Positions 25,494-37,563 of a stretch of DNA of 57,043 bases are shown here, piece after piece. A program made the position numbers and the translations under genes. Under the pieces are notes generated by a model. It was given only the letters and a program-made list of their open reading frames with translations, made no database searches and was not told the DNA's origin. This DNA comes from Dimargaris cristalligena (taxonomy: Eukaryota). Positions within the stretch are counted from its first letter, which is position 1, and every line of letters starts with the position of its first letter. The DNA lies in assembly GCA_003614675.1 (NCBI GenBank), contig ML002254.1, positions 1 through 57,043 on the forward strand, written 5' to 3'.

Positions 25494-27179
25494 ATGCCGG
25501 CTTATTCCACCCACCTGTTCACTTCGGCCCAGACCTTCGGCACCGACCTCTGGGCCCGGGCCCCCTATGAAATATGCCTAGTAGCCGCCCTGCTAACGGT
25601 CGGCCTCTACCTCCGTTGGCTCCACCCGGTGCTCACTACAGCCCGGCGGGCCGCCAAGACCAACGTCCCCCAACTCGCCGGCGGCTGGCCCTTTATTGGC
25701 CACATCCACCTGTTCCGCGACACCGTCACCCAGTTTCAACAGGCCCATGCGCGCTACGGCGATGCGTTCCGGTTCCGCCTCTATGGGCGAGAAATATACG
25801 TCTTAAACGGTAAGGCGGTGGGGGAGGGGTTCCGTAAATCCCGTGAACTCAGTTTTTACGAAGCGCTCCCGCGGAGTGCGCTGACCCTGTCGTTCTTTAA
25901 AGGGGTGGACCCCGTGGATAAATCCCACCTTAATTTGTTGCGTGCGACGTTGCCCAAGAAATTCGATGCGGTCATGGACCGCATTCAGCGTATTCTGGAG
26001 GATAAAATCGCCGAAACGATTACCCAGCGGTTCCCCGTGGGGGACGCCCCGCTACTGGAAGGGACCGGGCCTTCGGTTTCCCCCTCCTCTGCTGCCCCTC
26101 CTTCGGCGGTAATTGATCAGCCGTACGGGTGGGCGGTGTATGTCATTGGAAGTGCCATATCCGACTTTCTGCTGGGTCCGGAACTGGGCACCCACCCGGA
26201 GGTATTCCGAACCCTCGCGAGCCTGCCGGTGGGGGCGGATAAGTTGTTGAATGCCGCCCGGGTCTTCCCGTTGTGGGCGATGGATTGGTGGGTGCAAACC
26301 ATGACTCCCTGGCCCCAGCACCGTCGAACCCTGTGTCAGCACATTGGACCCGAAATCGAACGCCGGTTGGCCCGGTTCGAATCCACCACCACCACCGTTG
26401 ACTCCAACTCCGATTCCGTCTCGTCGAATGATTCGGACGAATCCATAAAAAAGCCCGAGGACATGCTCCAGTGGGTTTTGGAATCCATGCCCCGCGAACG
26501 GGCCGATTGGAAATACCAGGTCGTTTTGAAAATGACCTCTTTATCGTTTGCGTCGCTGCACACCACCACCATGATGTTCCATAATTTACTCGCCCGCCTC
26601 GCCTCCCGACCCGATCTGCGGGCCCGCCTCCGGGCCGAACAGGCGCGTGTGCTGGCCGAGTTCGGTACCACGGCTACCCCCACGGCGGTACTGGATGCCA
26701 TGGACCTCCTGGACGCCTGTATCCAGGAATGCGCGCGCCTCCATTTTGGCGTATCCACCTTCCAACGGGTGGTGGCTACCACGGATGACGAAATCACGCT
26801 GAACCACGGCCGGACCACCATCCCGGCCGGGGCCACCGTGCTTCTGTCGCCCGTGTCCATCAATATGGACCCGCTCGTCTACGGCCCCGACGTGGACCAG
26901 TTCCGGCCCGACCGGTTTTTGGAACTGACGCAGGCGCACCTCAAGAAAAGTACTACGGTACGCAGTGACTTCCTCATGTGGGGTAGCGGACGGCACGCCT
27001 GCCCGGGCCGCTTCTTGGCCATTTCGGAAATTAAACGCATGGCTTGTATCTTGCTAAGGAGCTACGACTTTGAAACGGTGTCCGGGAAACCGTTTGAGTT
27101 TAGCTCGCTGTTCCTGGGCAACATAGTGCGGGACCAACCCGTTCGGTTTACACGCATTGTGGACCTGGCGGTGGCGTAA
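25494..27179 (+). CDS. Cytochrome P450, intronless
   Basis: N-terminal membrane anchor, P-x-L-x-G-x-P-F-I-G hinge, I-helix SFASLHTT, ExxR (ECAR), FRPDRF and heme motif WGSGRHACPGR. First ATG at 25494; the ORF track starts at an upstream TTG. Confidence 0.96.
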   Translation: MPAYSTHLFTSAQTFGTDLWARAPYEICLVAALLTVGLYLRWLHPVLTTARRAAKTNVPQLAGGWPFIGHIHLFRDTVTQFQQAHARYGDAFRFRLYGREIYVLNGKAVGEGFRKSRELSFYEALPRSALTLSFFKGVDPVDKSHLNLLRATLPKKFDAVMDRIQRILEDKIAETITQRFPVGDAPLLEGTGPSVSPSSAAPPSAVIDQPYGWAVYVIGSAISDFLLGPELGTHPEVFRTLASLPVGADKLLNAARVFPLWAMDWWVQTMTPWPQHRRTLCQHIGPEIERRLARFESTTTTVDSNSDSVSSNDSDESIKKPEDMLQWVLESMPRERADWKYQVVLKMTSLSFASLHTTTMMFHNLLARLASRPDLRARLRAEQARVLAEFGTTATPTAVLDAMDLLDACIQECARLHFGVSTFQRVVATTDDEITLNHGRTTIPAGATVLLSPVSINMDPLVYGPDVDQFRPDRFLELTQAHLKKSTTVRSDFLMWGSGRHACPGRFLAISEIKRMACILLRSYDFETVSGKPFEFSSLFLGNIVRDQPVRFTRIVDLAVA

Positions 27180-29301
27180 AAAATATTCAAAAAAATAATA
27201 TATAATATAATATAAAACGGGGGGATTCTAATTAGGATATCCCCGAGAGAGTGAAAGAGAGAAAGAAGGTATTAGACCTTCACTGCCTTACTTTTTTCCG
27301 GACCGGTTCTTCTAGCCCAACTATAGCACCAATGCTACCTCTATGGGTCATCGGATCGGAGTGCTTCATACTCTATCCTATCCGACGAATCGGGTCCATT
27401 TCGCTGCAGTACCCCTTCTATACTCTACCGCACTAGCCATTTTCGATACCCTTGTAATCATTTTTATATAGTCCGCTATTTTTTTACCAATAACTCATCC
27501 ACCTTACCTTACCTCCACTTCCATCTATTTCGGCTTGGTTATTAATATATTTGGTATATTACTTCCCATCAGTGTCGGTCAGAGCAAATTAAATAAAATA
27601 TAGAGATGGCAACGGACCATACGTACATGGAGGAGGCTGCCGGTCTTCGCCTTATTTGAATGTTGGATTAAATGAGAACGACTAACCCCAACTAAGTTGG
27701 CGTTGGTCCGGCTGAATGTGGGTAGAGAGGATTTCCTATAATCCCCAGTGCGGTCTATTGAGCAGCGAGTAATTAGTGCACTCTCTACTTACGCTCCTCC
27801 GCCATGGTGTTATAGTTAAGTAATGATAATGACCAGGTAAATAAGGGAGGGGAACCTTAGGGCAACGCTGGATTACCAAATTGGGCGAGGTTTCGCTTGG
27901 ACCACTTCGGCCTAGGCGGATCAACAGGTGGAGCTGGGGAAGGGGTGGAGTGTTCCTGGCTCACCCTCCCAAAACGGGATAGAGAGTGGACGTGGTCCAA
28001 GCTGGCAGTTGCCGGGACCTATCATTCATCCGAGACACCTTTTCGGGAACCAAAGCGGTAATTTCAAAAGAAGGATTTTTAGCCATTCCAATGATCAACC
28101 GCCGCTGGCTAAAAGGTCGGAGTTTGGGCACCGGTATTTACGGCGCACACATACACACACACACATATATATATATATATACATTAGACAATGGCAGGAT
28201 AGGCGAAGGAGGCGGGTTCGAAACGCCATTAGAATAAGCTAAGATTTGCCTGGCGGTTCCCATGTTTGCTTCGACACTCTCACTTTCTCTCACTTGGTCA
28301 AAATTACACTGCAATACCAGAGGTCCAACGCTGAAAAAAAACAATGAAAATGTATATAGATTTGCAAACAGAAGGAGAAGACCGGTTATTAGTCAGTCAA
28401 TGGCCAAACCAATAGGGAAATGAGTAAGGAAGGTCTCCTCCCCCCATTGGTTTGCACGGCCTAATGCTAAGTACATTTAGACGGATAAAATATACCTGAT
28501 AGTCCCCCTCACTATTCTAGAAGGTCGAGGAGAGCGTCAACGAGGTTTCGAGGGGTGGATGCAGGATAAGGGTAAGCGTAAGAGCGATAGGAATAAGAAT
28601 TTCGACAACGGAAACTAGGCATTTAATTACGAAGATCTGGATTACTTGAATAGGACATTGGCGTCGAAATTATTGGCCGGGCAAAGACTTTCATCTCTCG
28701 CCTTCCTTCCTTCGCCAGGTGGAAAATAGAATGGTGTCGGAACAGGGGGGAATTGGCTTGCGGTGACGGCCAACGGGAAGGGCGAGGGGGATATATCCCA
28801 GTCGAACTCGGGGTTCGTGGTCAATGGACAATGGTACATTCATTGTTCGACAACCCCACCGGGCTTAAACTTTAATCCGGGCAGTACATTCTGGTATCTC
28901 GACTATTATTTCATTTTCCATATATATATATATAAATTTACTTTACTCCGCCTTACATACCCTAATTATACAAGTTTGGGGAAGATTTTCCCTCGCCTTT
29001 TAAAACACACGCTGCCTCGTGGGGATTGCCCTAGGCGCTGATATGTTCCCTAAGAATACAAACATCGCCCCAGTCCACCCATACTCCCCGGTTAATGCGC
29101 AGCCCAACCCAGCAGCAGTCCATCGTTTGGTACCCCTCCATGGATAATCCAATCCAACCACACTGGCACCGTGGGTGTGAAACGTAGGGAAGATGCTGCT
29201 GACGTGCATGCTTATGTTTCGGCTTCGGTCTAGGATCCGCCTAGGCCGAGAACCTCGGAAATGGGCGGAAATGGAGCGGGAAAGACCATGAACGAGAAAT
29301 A

Positions 29302-29335
<34 letters not shown>

Positions 29336-29553
29336 TTATAATGAAGATGTCGGTGGGAATAGGTAAATCGGCGTATTAAATTCGGCACTGAGGATGGCCG
29401 ATATTAATCGGTGGGCATCCCCGCAGTCTGGACCACCACAACCCTCTTCCTTCTCCGTTCAACTGTTTTAGAAAGGGGGTGATGTTGCCGTTATAGCAAT
29501 GGCCGCGGCCGTAAAAGGGGCATCATGGGGTTGTTTCTCTTCTAGGGAACATA

Positions 29554-29595
29554 CCCTAACCCTAACCCTAATAATAATAATAATAATAATAATAA
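29554..29595. repeat. (CCCTAA)3 running into a (TAA)n microsatellite
   Basis: CCCTAACCCTAACCCTAATAATAATAA... Confidence 0.8.
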
Positions 29596-30447
29596 CTTGG
29601 TCACATAACCACAACCCTTCAAAGCAGCAACAACCCTCTAAGGTTGTGGGGTCATAGGGTGAACCCACCAGCCCCAACCGTCTTCCATTTCCAACTAATA
29701 GTAGGACTTAGATTGGCGAGGAGGAGAGGCAGTCAACAATGCTGGGGGCTTGTACTGTAAAAACATATAGGGAGTCTCCAGCCCTCTCTGTGGCGGTGGA
29801 AGCAGCAGCAGTCTTGGTGGATTTTTTAAAGAACGCAGCCTTGTCCCTGACCCTACAGTATAATACTGTGCACCAATAATAGTAAGTGATTCATCACGGG
29901 AGGACCGTGGTTCCAAGACGACGTGTTCTGTATTCCGTTTTGGGTTTTCGGCTGCACTAACTTCCCTTGAGTGGGGTGGCCTTCCCGCAGAAAAATCTCC
30001 CATACAAAGGGACGCTATTTTCTCCCACCATTATTGGTGTATACCGCCGCTGCTGTTTCTTATCTCCATGTATGCGCCACTGCTGCTGCTAGCCAGCCTG
30101 TGCGATTCAACTGATACATAAAAACCCCGGGCTCGCCGTCCGCTGGATGATTTTTTCAGTGAACCCCCCCTCCATACCTATCTATATGCATACCTTATAT
30201 ATATATATATAATATGCCACGCTCCTCCCCAGTTACTCTCTCTACTGAACCCTTTTCTCATATCTAGTCTAGTCTAGTCTAACCTCACTTACCTTAACTT
30301 CTACGCTTTGGTCTATTGCTTAAATACAGCTGCGTTAATCCCGACCCTTCGTCCACCCCTACTCCCTCCCCGCCCATTTGCTCCATACATCCGGGAACAG
30401 CATCCCCTCCCCCTCCCTCCTCCACCCCCTCATTTCCCTTACTCACC

Positions 30448-31104
30448 ATGACCGCCTGTCAACCCACCGCCCACTCCGCCACGGCCCTAGCCGCCTCGTG
30501 GGGCTCGGCCGATTCCCCCCTTCCGCCCGATGGTCTCCCGGTTCTTTTCAAAACCCTGATGTTCGCCTGCGAGAAACACTCCGACCAACGCCGCAAGGAT
30601 CCCGAGCAAACGCCCTACATCAACCACCCCATTGGCGTGGCGTCTTTCTTGGTCGAAGCCGGTGTCACCGACCTGGTCACCTTACAAGCCGCCCTGCTCC
30701 ATGACACCATCGAGGACACCGACACCACCCCGCAGGAAATCACCGCCCTGTTCGGTGAGGCCGTGTGCCGCGTGGTACTGGAATGCACCGACGATATGGC
30801 CCTGCCCCCGTCCGAACGGAAACGTATTCAGGTCCGTAAGGCCGCTTCGGCTTCCTATGATGCTAAGCTCGTGAAATTGGCCGATAAACTCTATAATTTA
30901 CTGGACTTGTGCCGCGCTGTGCCCGTCGGTTGGACCCCGCGTCGGGTCCAGGCGTACTTCGCTTGGTCCAAACAGGTCATCGACTGCTGTGCCGGAACCA
31001 GTCCTATCCTGGAGGCCCGCCTTAACTATTTGTTTGAACATGGAACTTTCACATTCAACGGTCAGAAACATAAGTGTCTTTGCCGCAGCGTGCCATTCAA
31101 CTGA
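30448..31104 (+). CDS. HDDC3: MESH1/HDDC3 HD-domain (p)ppGpp hydrolase / NADPH phosphatase, intronless
   Basis: KHSDQRRKDPEQTPYINHPIGVA, AALLHDTIEDTDTT, LECTDD and AKLVKLADKLYNLLDL...PVGW..RRVQAYFAW, all characteristic of Mesh1. Confidence 0.93.
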   Translation: MTACQPTAHSATALAASWGSADSPLPPDGLPVLFKTLMFACEKHSDQRRKDPEQTPYINHPIGVASFLVEAGVTDLVTLQAALLHDTIEDTDTTPQEITALFGEAVCRVVLECTDDMALPPSERKRIQVRKAASASYDAKLVKLADKLYNLLDLCRAVPVGWTPRRVQAYFAWSKQVIDCCAGTSPILEARLNYLFEHGTFTFNGQKHKCLCRSVPFN

Positions 31105-32223
31105 GCCGGCTCACATTCTCCCTCATATATATTTCACCTATCGTCGGGGTGTACCCAAAGAAATCCCTATAACCTAATAATGACCTGGGCTACTGCCGTA
31201 ACACAACATCCGTATACGTTCATATTATTTTTTTTCACTCTCTTTCTTTTATTTTTAGTTTTATACCTTCTCCTCCTCATCTTATCTTCCTGTGATTTAT
31301 TTAACCTATTCTCCCAGTTCTGTAATATATACTATCGAGTAGTGTGAGGGGTCTATTGAATCTACTATACCTTTCGACTTTCCCTTCCCCTCACTATACT
31401 GCTGTTTACTCCCCCTCCCCACACAACACCCCTTTATAATAATCAATACACACCCAACTCTTTATCCAACCTATTCTGTGACCTTACAGCTGAAAATTCT
31501 GACCAGTCCCCCTCACTCCAGCTGCTGTGGATAGGATATACCACAGAACGTCAGGGACATGTCATTGCGCAGTCCAATTGCAGCAATCATGACAACATCG
31601 CATTGCCTATCGGAGAACCTTAACCAAATGACGAGCGAGACAGAGAATGAAAGAGAGACAAAGTGTGTGTAGATGGATGGGTATAGTCCGATTAATTCCT
31701 CCTACTCTAGGCATGTCTATTGGTTAAGTGACGAGCCTACCTTTAGCTGCTGATGACGACATAATAAAACTTAGCGAAACCTTAAGACTGAATTGCCAGA
31801 TACCATTCCCTTCTGTTCCTCGCATTATACTGTTTTGTGATTAAAAAAATAAGCTAAATCCGGGTGATAAGCCACCGGGATCCACACAGGTGGGTCGCCG
31901 GGAAAATCTTCCACCCCCAACACTATAAATTCCCGCAGAGTTTTTTCCATATTTTTTTTAAAAAAAGGAGGCAAAATGAGAATGTAATTTTATATAATTA
32001 ATCAAGGCAACTCCCCCGCTCAACCCCTCAATATCCATATCCACTTCTTTATAATGTTTGAACTGTACCGGTTGGAATAACTATGCTACTATAGCCACAA
32101 AAAAAAGGGGGGCAGGCGCATTCCCGAAAACAGAGAGCGGCCCACACACGCACATGGTAGAGGAGGAAGACGAAGAAGAGGAAATGTCGATTGAAATAGT
32201 ATAAATGAAAAAAACATACCGAC

Positions 32224-33677
32224 TTAAGCAGCCAGGAGGTCGATGATTTCCTGGTTCTTGAGGGCCTTATCAGAAGTGACCGATTCGGGCTTGAACCAGG
32301 ATCCGGTAATCCGTTCGGCACCGGTGGGAAGGATCAGGACGGTCATTTGGAACTGGGCCACGAGGGCACCGGTCTTCTCGGCGTACACGGTGTAGGGGGT
32401 GACCACACCACTCTTGGCGCATTCAATCAGACCCAGACGGGCCTTGCGTTCGTCGGAGAGGTACCGCAGGGCAAAGGGAAACTTGGCGAATTTCTGCTGC
32501 ACTTCACGGAAGACGACCTGGGAGGTTTGCATCTTGAGGGAGTAGGTGCTGTCGGTCTTCTTGAACACGGTGGTACGGTAATCGGTATCACGGAGCTTAC
32601 CGTCACCGGTGGACACGATGATGTCGAGTTGGTAGACTTCGTTCTCCTGGAACTCCACGGTCTTGTGCCCCTTGCGCTGTTCGGGGGTGGGGTTCACAAT
32701 GATGGTTTTGCCACCGTCGATTTGGTTGCGCTGGATCTGGGTGGACAGCATACCTTCCATGGGCACGGCATCGAAGTCACTGGCGACCTTCTGGATGGCC
32801 TCGGTAATGTCGTAGTTGACCTTACCGGGCTTCAGCAACTTCAGGGTAGCTTCGGTGGCGTAGTGCGCGGCCAGCAGCACGTCGGCCTGGCGGCCGTCAA
32901 TCTTCTCTTGGCCAACCACCAAGGTGTGGGCCACCAGAGCGGGCTCCCCGTCCACCTGGGCACCCAGCTGGATCTTGACCATATCACCGGCCTTCAGTTC
33001 CAAACCGGCTTCTTCGCTGGTCTGGAGGGGGCTCAAGTGGGCCACAATGTGGTTGGGCGAGACGGTCGTGGGGAAGGCGATTCCCTTGGCAACGGTCTTG
33101 GAGATGTTCTCCTTGACCAGGGCGTCCTGGATAGCCTGATCACCCAGGAGGCACAGCTCCGGGATCTTAGCTCCGGGCAGGCAAGCGGCGATCACGGCCT
33201 CCATGGCGGCTGGTGGAAACAAGCGGGGGTGGCGACAGGTTCACATAAAGATTGGGGCGTTTTTTTTTTTGGAACAGGGGGTCACAAAGGCGAATAAGGG
33301 AGAGGTGGGGATATAAATATGCATACATCGGGTACTTAAGGTAAGTTGCCGGTCATTGTTTCAGGGCATCTCCGATCCGCCCTCGGCTAACCAAGAGTGG
33401 GGATAGATGGCTTAAAATGTCTTACGGAGATCGGGGGAATGCAGTTGGTGTAATCCAGCCGTCCTTTTCAACTAGAAAGCAAGGCTGACTGCTGGCTGTA
33501 TGAAAAGCCGGGGTGGATCGGGCAATATAACCCTTTATATAGAGAGAGAGTGGGCACTGTCCTACCATCAGCAGCACGGGCGGCGGACTTGAAGCGGTTC
33601 ACCACGGACGGGGAAGCGATGGTGTGCTTGGAGGCATCCTCCTTGGTGGCGTTAACCTTCTTCTTCAACTTGGACAT
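32224..33677 (-). CDS. PA2G4: PA2G4/Ebp1/Cdb4 (non-catalytic M24 peptidase-fold, ribosome-associated), two exons
   Basis: Exons 33677-33566 and 33209-32224. Motifs KGIAFPTTVSPN, HLSPL, VKIQLGAQVDG, IDGGKTII.NP, RTTVFKKT..YSLKMQTS, FPFALR and ARLGLIEC. Confidence 0.93.
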
Positions 33678-34236
33678 GGTGGAATAGGAGATACGAAGGG
33701 GGGATAAGGACAAAGCGAAGGGGGAGAGATGGTGTGCACTAGGAAGGCAAGGAGGGAGATCAGGTCAGTGGGCCGGGCGGGCGGATCAAAAGGAAACTAG
33801 GCCGTATGCTATAGTGTGGTATAGTAGAACAGAGTATGGTGTTTTCAGGATCTAACGGGGGAGGCGGGCCTTTTCCCCCTACACAACTCCGCCTTGGCCA
33901 GCTCCTCCTCTCCTCTGCTTTGACAAGGAAAAAAATCCATAGTATTTAGCAAGGCGGTAAAGTAAGCCACTGAGAAACCATAAAATACCCACCATGGTAT
34001 ATACTTTACTCCTCTTGGTCGAGAAGAAGGTATGGGAGGAATTTAGGATGACAAATATCCCCACTGCTCCTACCTAATACATGCACCCGAAGCTCACACC
34101 CACCACCTCTCCTTACTTCATAGAGCCCCCCTTCCCTTTTCACGCCGGCCCAGCCCTAGCCCTCTTTCCAGTTTTGGTAGCTTAACCTCCTCCCCAAAAA
34201 ACACTCATTTATAGTCCATCTACCCCATTACCCACC

Positions 34237-35519
34237 ATGGCCTCGTCCTCCGCTCCCCTGCGCAAGCTCGTTTTCGTCACGGGCAACCAGAACAAACTCC
34301 GGGAAGTCCGGCAGATTCTCGGAAATGTAGTAGACCTCGAGGCCCGTCCCATCGACCGTAAGTAGTCTGGGCCCGGCCCCTTTATTTACTCTTCAAGCCA
34401 TATATACCACCAGTCCCGAGTATCGGCTATCCGTCTCAAGCCCCGCAAAGCGAACTAGACCGACATATGGGCCTAGCAATGGTTCGGCTTAACTGTCACC
34501 CTGAAGGGACTCCTGCAAGGCCTTGGCGATTAACGCCCGTCCTGTTTGTTGGTTGGTTTGTTTTTTATCCCATCATTTCACTCACTTGACCATCTCTCCA
34601 CGGGGGGTGATTCCCTTGGGTTCCTACCACCAGTGCCCGAAATCCAGGGCGAGACTGCGGAAGTATCGGCCGATAAATGCCGCCGGGCGGCCGAAGTTGT
34701 CCAGGGGCCCGTTATTACCGAGGATACCTCCCTGTGCTTCAATGCTCTCCATGGCCTCCCCGGCCCATACATCAAATGGTTTATGGGCAAGCTCAAGCAC
34801 GAAGGTATTTTTTATTTATATTTTTTTCAGTTGGTGGTCTATTACATATCCCGTGGTGTTGCAGATAATCTAATTCGTGGTATATACTCCACAGATTTCC
34901 ACTAGGAAACGCCATCATCCCGATGCATTCGATGGCCCTTATACTAATGGTGCTGCCTAACCTGCGGGTAAACCTATCCTCTTTATTCCAATATGCAATC
35001 GACAATGCTATTTTATTATAGGCCTGAATAGCATGCTCGCGGGGTTTGAAGACAAAACCGCCTATGCGCTGTGTACATTTGCGTACAGTGCTGGTCCTGG
35101 TCACGAACCCATCATTTTTGAGGGAAAGACTGATGTAAGTTTTTTGTCTACCCATCCCCGACTAGTTTAGTTCTAATTCAACAACTGGTCTATAGTTCCT
35201 CGCCAAGCTCAATGGATAATGGTATTGTTAGTTAGTTAGCCGGTCCCAATCGTGCGCCGTATAGTCACCGCCATTCACTTACTTACTCACCCCCTGGTTC
35301 TTTTTGGATACTTTTGATACCGATTCGCTCATTATTCTTTGGCAGGGTCGAGTCGTACCGGCCCGGGGATCCGCTAGTTTCGGCTGGGACCCTATTTTCG
35401 AGCCCGAGGGCTACACCGAGACCTACGCCGAAATGCCCTGCAAACTCAAGAACACCATTTCGCATCGCTACCGGGCCCTTGAGAAACTACAGGCCTATTT
35501 GCAGACTCTCGACAACTAG
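34237..35519 (+). CDS. ITPA: Inosine triphosphate pyrophosphatase (Ham1/ITPA), four exons
   Basis: Exons 34237-34357, 34634-34804, 35022-35134 and 35346-35519. Motifs [47 protein letters not shown] and [10 protein letters not shown]. Confidence 0.96.
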
Positions 35520-36320
35520 GGTTAGGTCGACTAGGTTACGCATATTTACACCATCTCTGGGTTTGCTAGATGTAATAAACCCGTCTTTACTGTAGTATAC
35601 GTAGTATGTTGCGTAAACGGCTTGCGGGAACTTGATGATATATCGGCTCTCCCTCCTGTATCCGCTGCAATGCCTTTTTAATTAAGCGGTGGCGAGAAGT
35701 CGTATTTTTCTATGCTAGTTGCTGGCAGCCTCTCTCTCTCTTTCACCCACATCCTCTCCCATAAATCCCTTCTCCCCTCTATCCAGTACGCTCGGTTTCA
35801 AACCGAGCTATATTTGGTCACGTGATTTACATCCCATGGGTATTTGGGGTCGGAATTTTATATAGAAAGGCAAATGGCCACTAGTGTTGTAGTCACAGCT
35901 GAGCAGGAGGGGGGCGCATACTGGCAAAGTTTAAAATAATAGCGGACTCCCTTTGCCTTAATCTCGAGACAAACTAGGCGCAAGTAGAATCGAGTAGATT
36001 GATCGCCTTCGCCGCACCCATTCCGAATCACCCTCTCTCCTTCTCTCTCTCATCTCACCATACACTTGTGCTGCCCCCTTTTTCTGTTTGGCCCGTTGCA
36101 TCCACTTTGTTAGTAGGGTTATCTATACTACATATCCTTCTACTGCTTTCACAATCCGCACCAGTCGAGAACAACCCCCCCCTCCCCTCTCACTTGAGTC
36201 CCGTTCTAGTGTTTTATTGTATTCTCGTTTGTAAATCGGTTTTATCGATTCGGCGCCACTCTGACCACTTCGCCCCTCCTCCCGCTCCCTTAACTCCGCC
36301 TTTATTCCACTCCGCCCACC

Positions 36321-37563
36321 ATGCCGCCAAAGAAGAATCAGCCGGCCGCCAAAACCAATGACAAGAACAAAAAGAAGCAAATCGAGGACAAGACCTTTGG
36401 TCTCAAAAACAAGAATAAGTCCGCCAAGGTGAACCGCTATGTCCAACAGGTCGAACAGCAAGTTTTGACCGCGGGTAACAGTAAGAAGCTGAAGGAGGCC
36501 GAGGAACGGAAGAACCTGGTCTCGAATAAGAAGGAGGCGGAAGCTAGGAAGAAGGCCGAACTGGCCGAGCTCTTCAAGCCCGTTTTGGCCCAGCAGAAGG
36601 TGCCCTTCGGCGTGGACCCCAAGACAGTACTGTGCGCGCATTTTAAGCAGGGCACTTGCACGAAGGGCGACCGCTGTAAATTCTCGCATGATCTTAAAAT
36701 TGACCGGAAGGCGACTAAGATTGACATGTACACCGATGCTCGTGACGATAAAGAATCGGGTAAGTACAGTGGAGATTTATATATATATTGAATCGACTCC
36801 AGTGTGGACACTATGAATCCCGCAACGACTATTGCCCCCAGAACCGGGTATTTTCCACTAGCCTAATTTTTCACTGACGCCCAACCCATTTCCCCTACTA
36901 CTACAATTATATCTCCACCTACTAGATACCATGGACTCTTGGGATCAGTCTAAGCTGGAATCTGTGGTCAACTCTAAGCTTACCAAGAACTCCAACATAA
37001 CCGACATCGTCTGTAAACATTTCCTCCAGGCCATTGAGGACCAAAAGTACGGTTGGTTCTGGGAATGTCCCAACGGTGGACCCAAATGCCAATACCGTCA
37101 CGCGCTACCCAAAGGGTTCATCCTTAAGAGTAAGAAGGCGCAACTGGCGGAAGAGGAGGCCAAGAACCAGATTTCGTTGGAGGATTTCCTCGAAACCGAG
37201 CGGCATAACCTGGGTTCGAACCTCACGCCCGTGACGTTGGAGACGTTTACCCAGTGGAAGAAGGACCGTCGGGCCCGGAAGGAAGCCGCTGAAGAGGCCG
37301 AACATAAGGCGAAGGAGGCCGCTTTTAAGGCCGGGCGGGCTGTGAATATGAGCGGGCGGGACTTCTTTGACTTTAACCCGGAGTTGCTGCAAAATGGTGA
37401 GGATGAGGAAGGGGATGTATTCGAAATTAGCCAGTATCAGAACCGGGCCGATGAAGAAGGCCACCAACAACCCTCCACGGCCGACGCCGACCGGGAGGCG
37501 GACCCGACCAATGATGGAACTCGGTTGGCCGAACAACTCGAAAACACCAGTCTGACCGCCTAG
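36321..37563 (+). CDS. TMA46: Tma46/ZC3H15 (DFRP1) CCCH zinc-finger protein, two exons
   Basis: Exons 36321-36759 and 36926-37563. Motifs MPPKK, IEDKTFGLKNKNKSAKV, QKVPFGVDPKTVLCAHFKQGTCTKGDRCKFSHD, KYGWFWECPNGG and LTPVTLETFTQWK. Confidence 0.96.

Noticed and set aside
28190-28230. GGCGGGTTCGAAACGCC T-arm/B-box-like hairpin
   Set aside because: No D-arm, anticodon arm or acceptor stem at tRNA spacing.
29554-29571. Telomere or chromosome-fusion scar
   Set aside because: Only three CCCTAA units merging into a TAA microsatellite; slippage explains it.
22400-30300. Secondary-metabolite cluster around the P450
   Set aside because: No PKS, NRPS, terpene synthase, transporter or regulator recognised nearby.
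32347-33297. 316-aa plus-strand ORF
   Set aside because: Antisense shadow of the strongly codon-biased PA2G4 exon.
30448-37563. MESH1-PA2G4-ITPA-TMA46 as a nucleotide-sanitising or translation-stress cluster
   Set aside because: The theme is tempting, but these are conserved housekeeping genes in mixed orientations. Nothing in the sequence shows co-regulation; synteny data would be needed.
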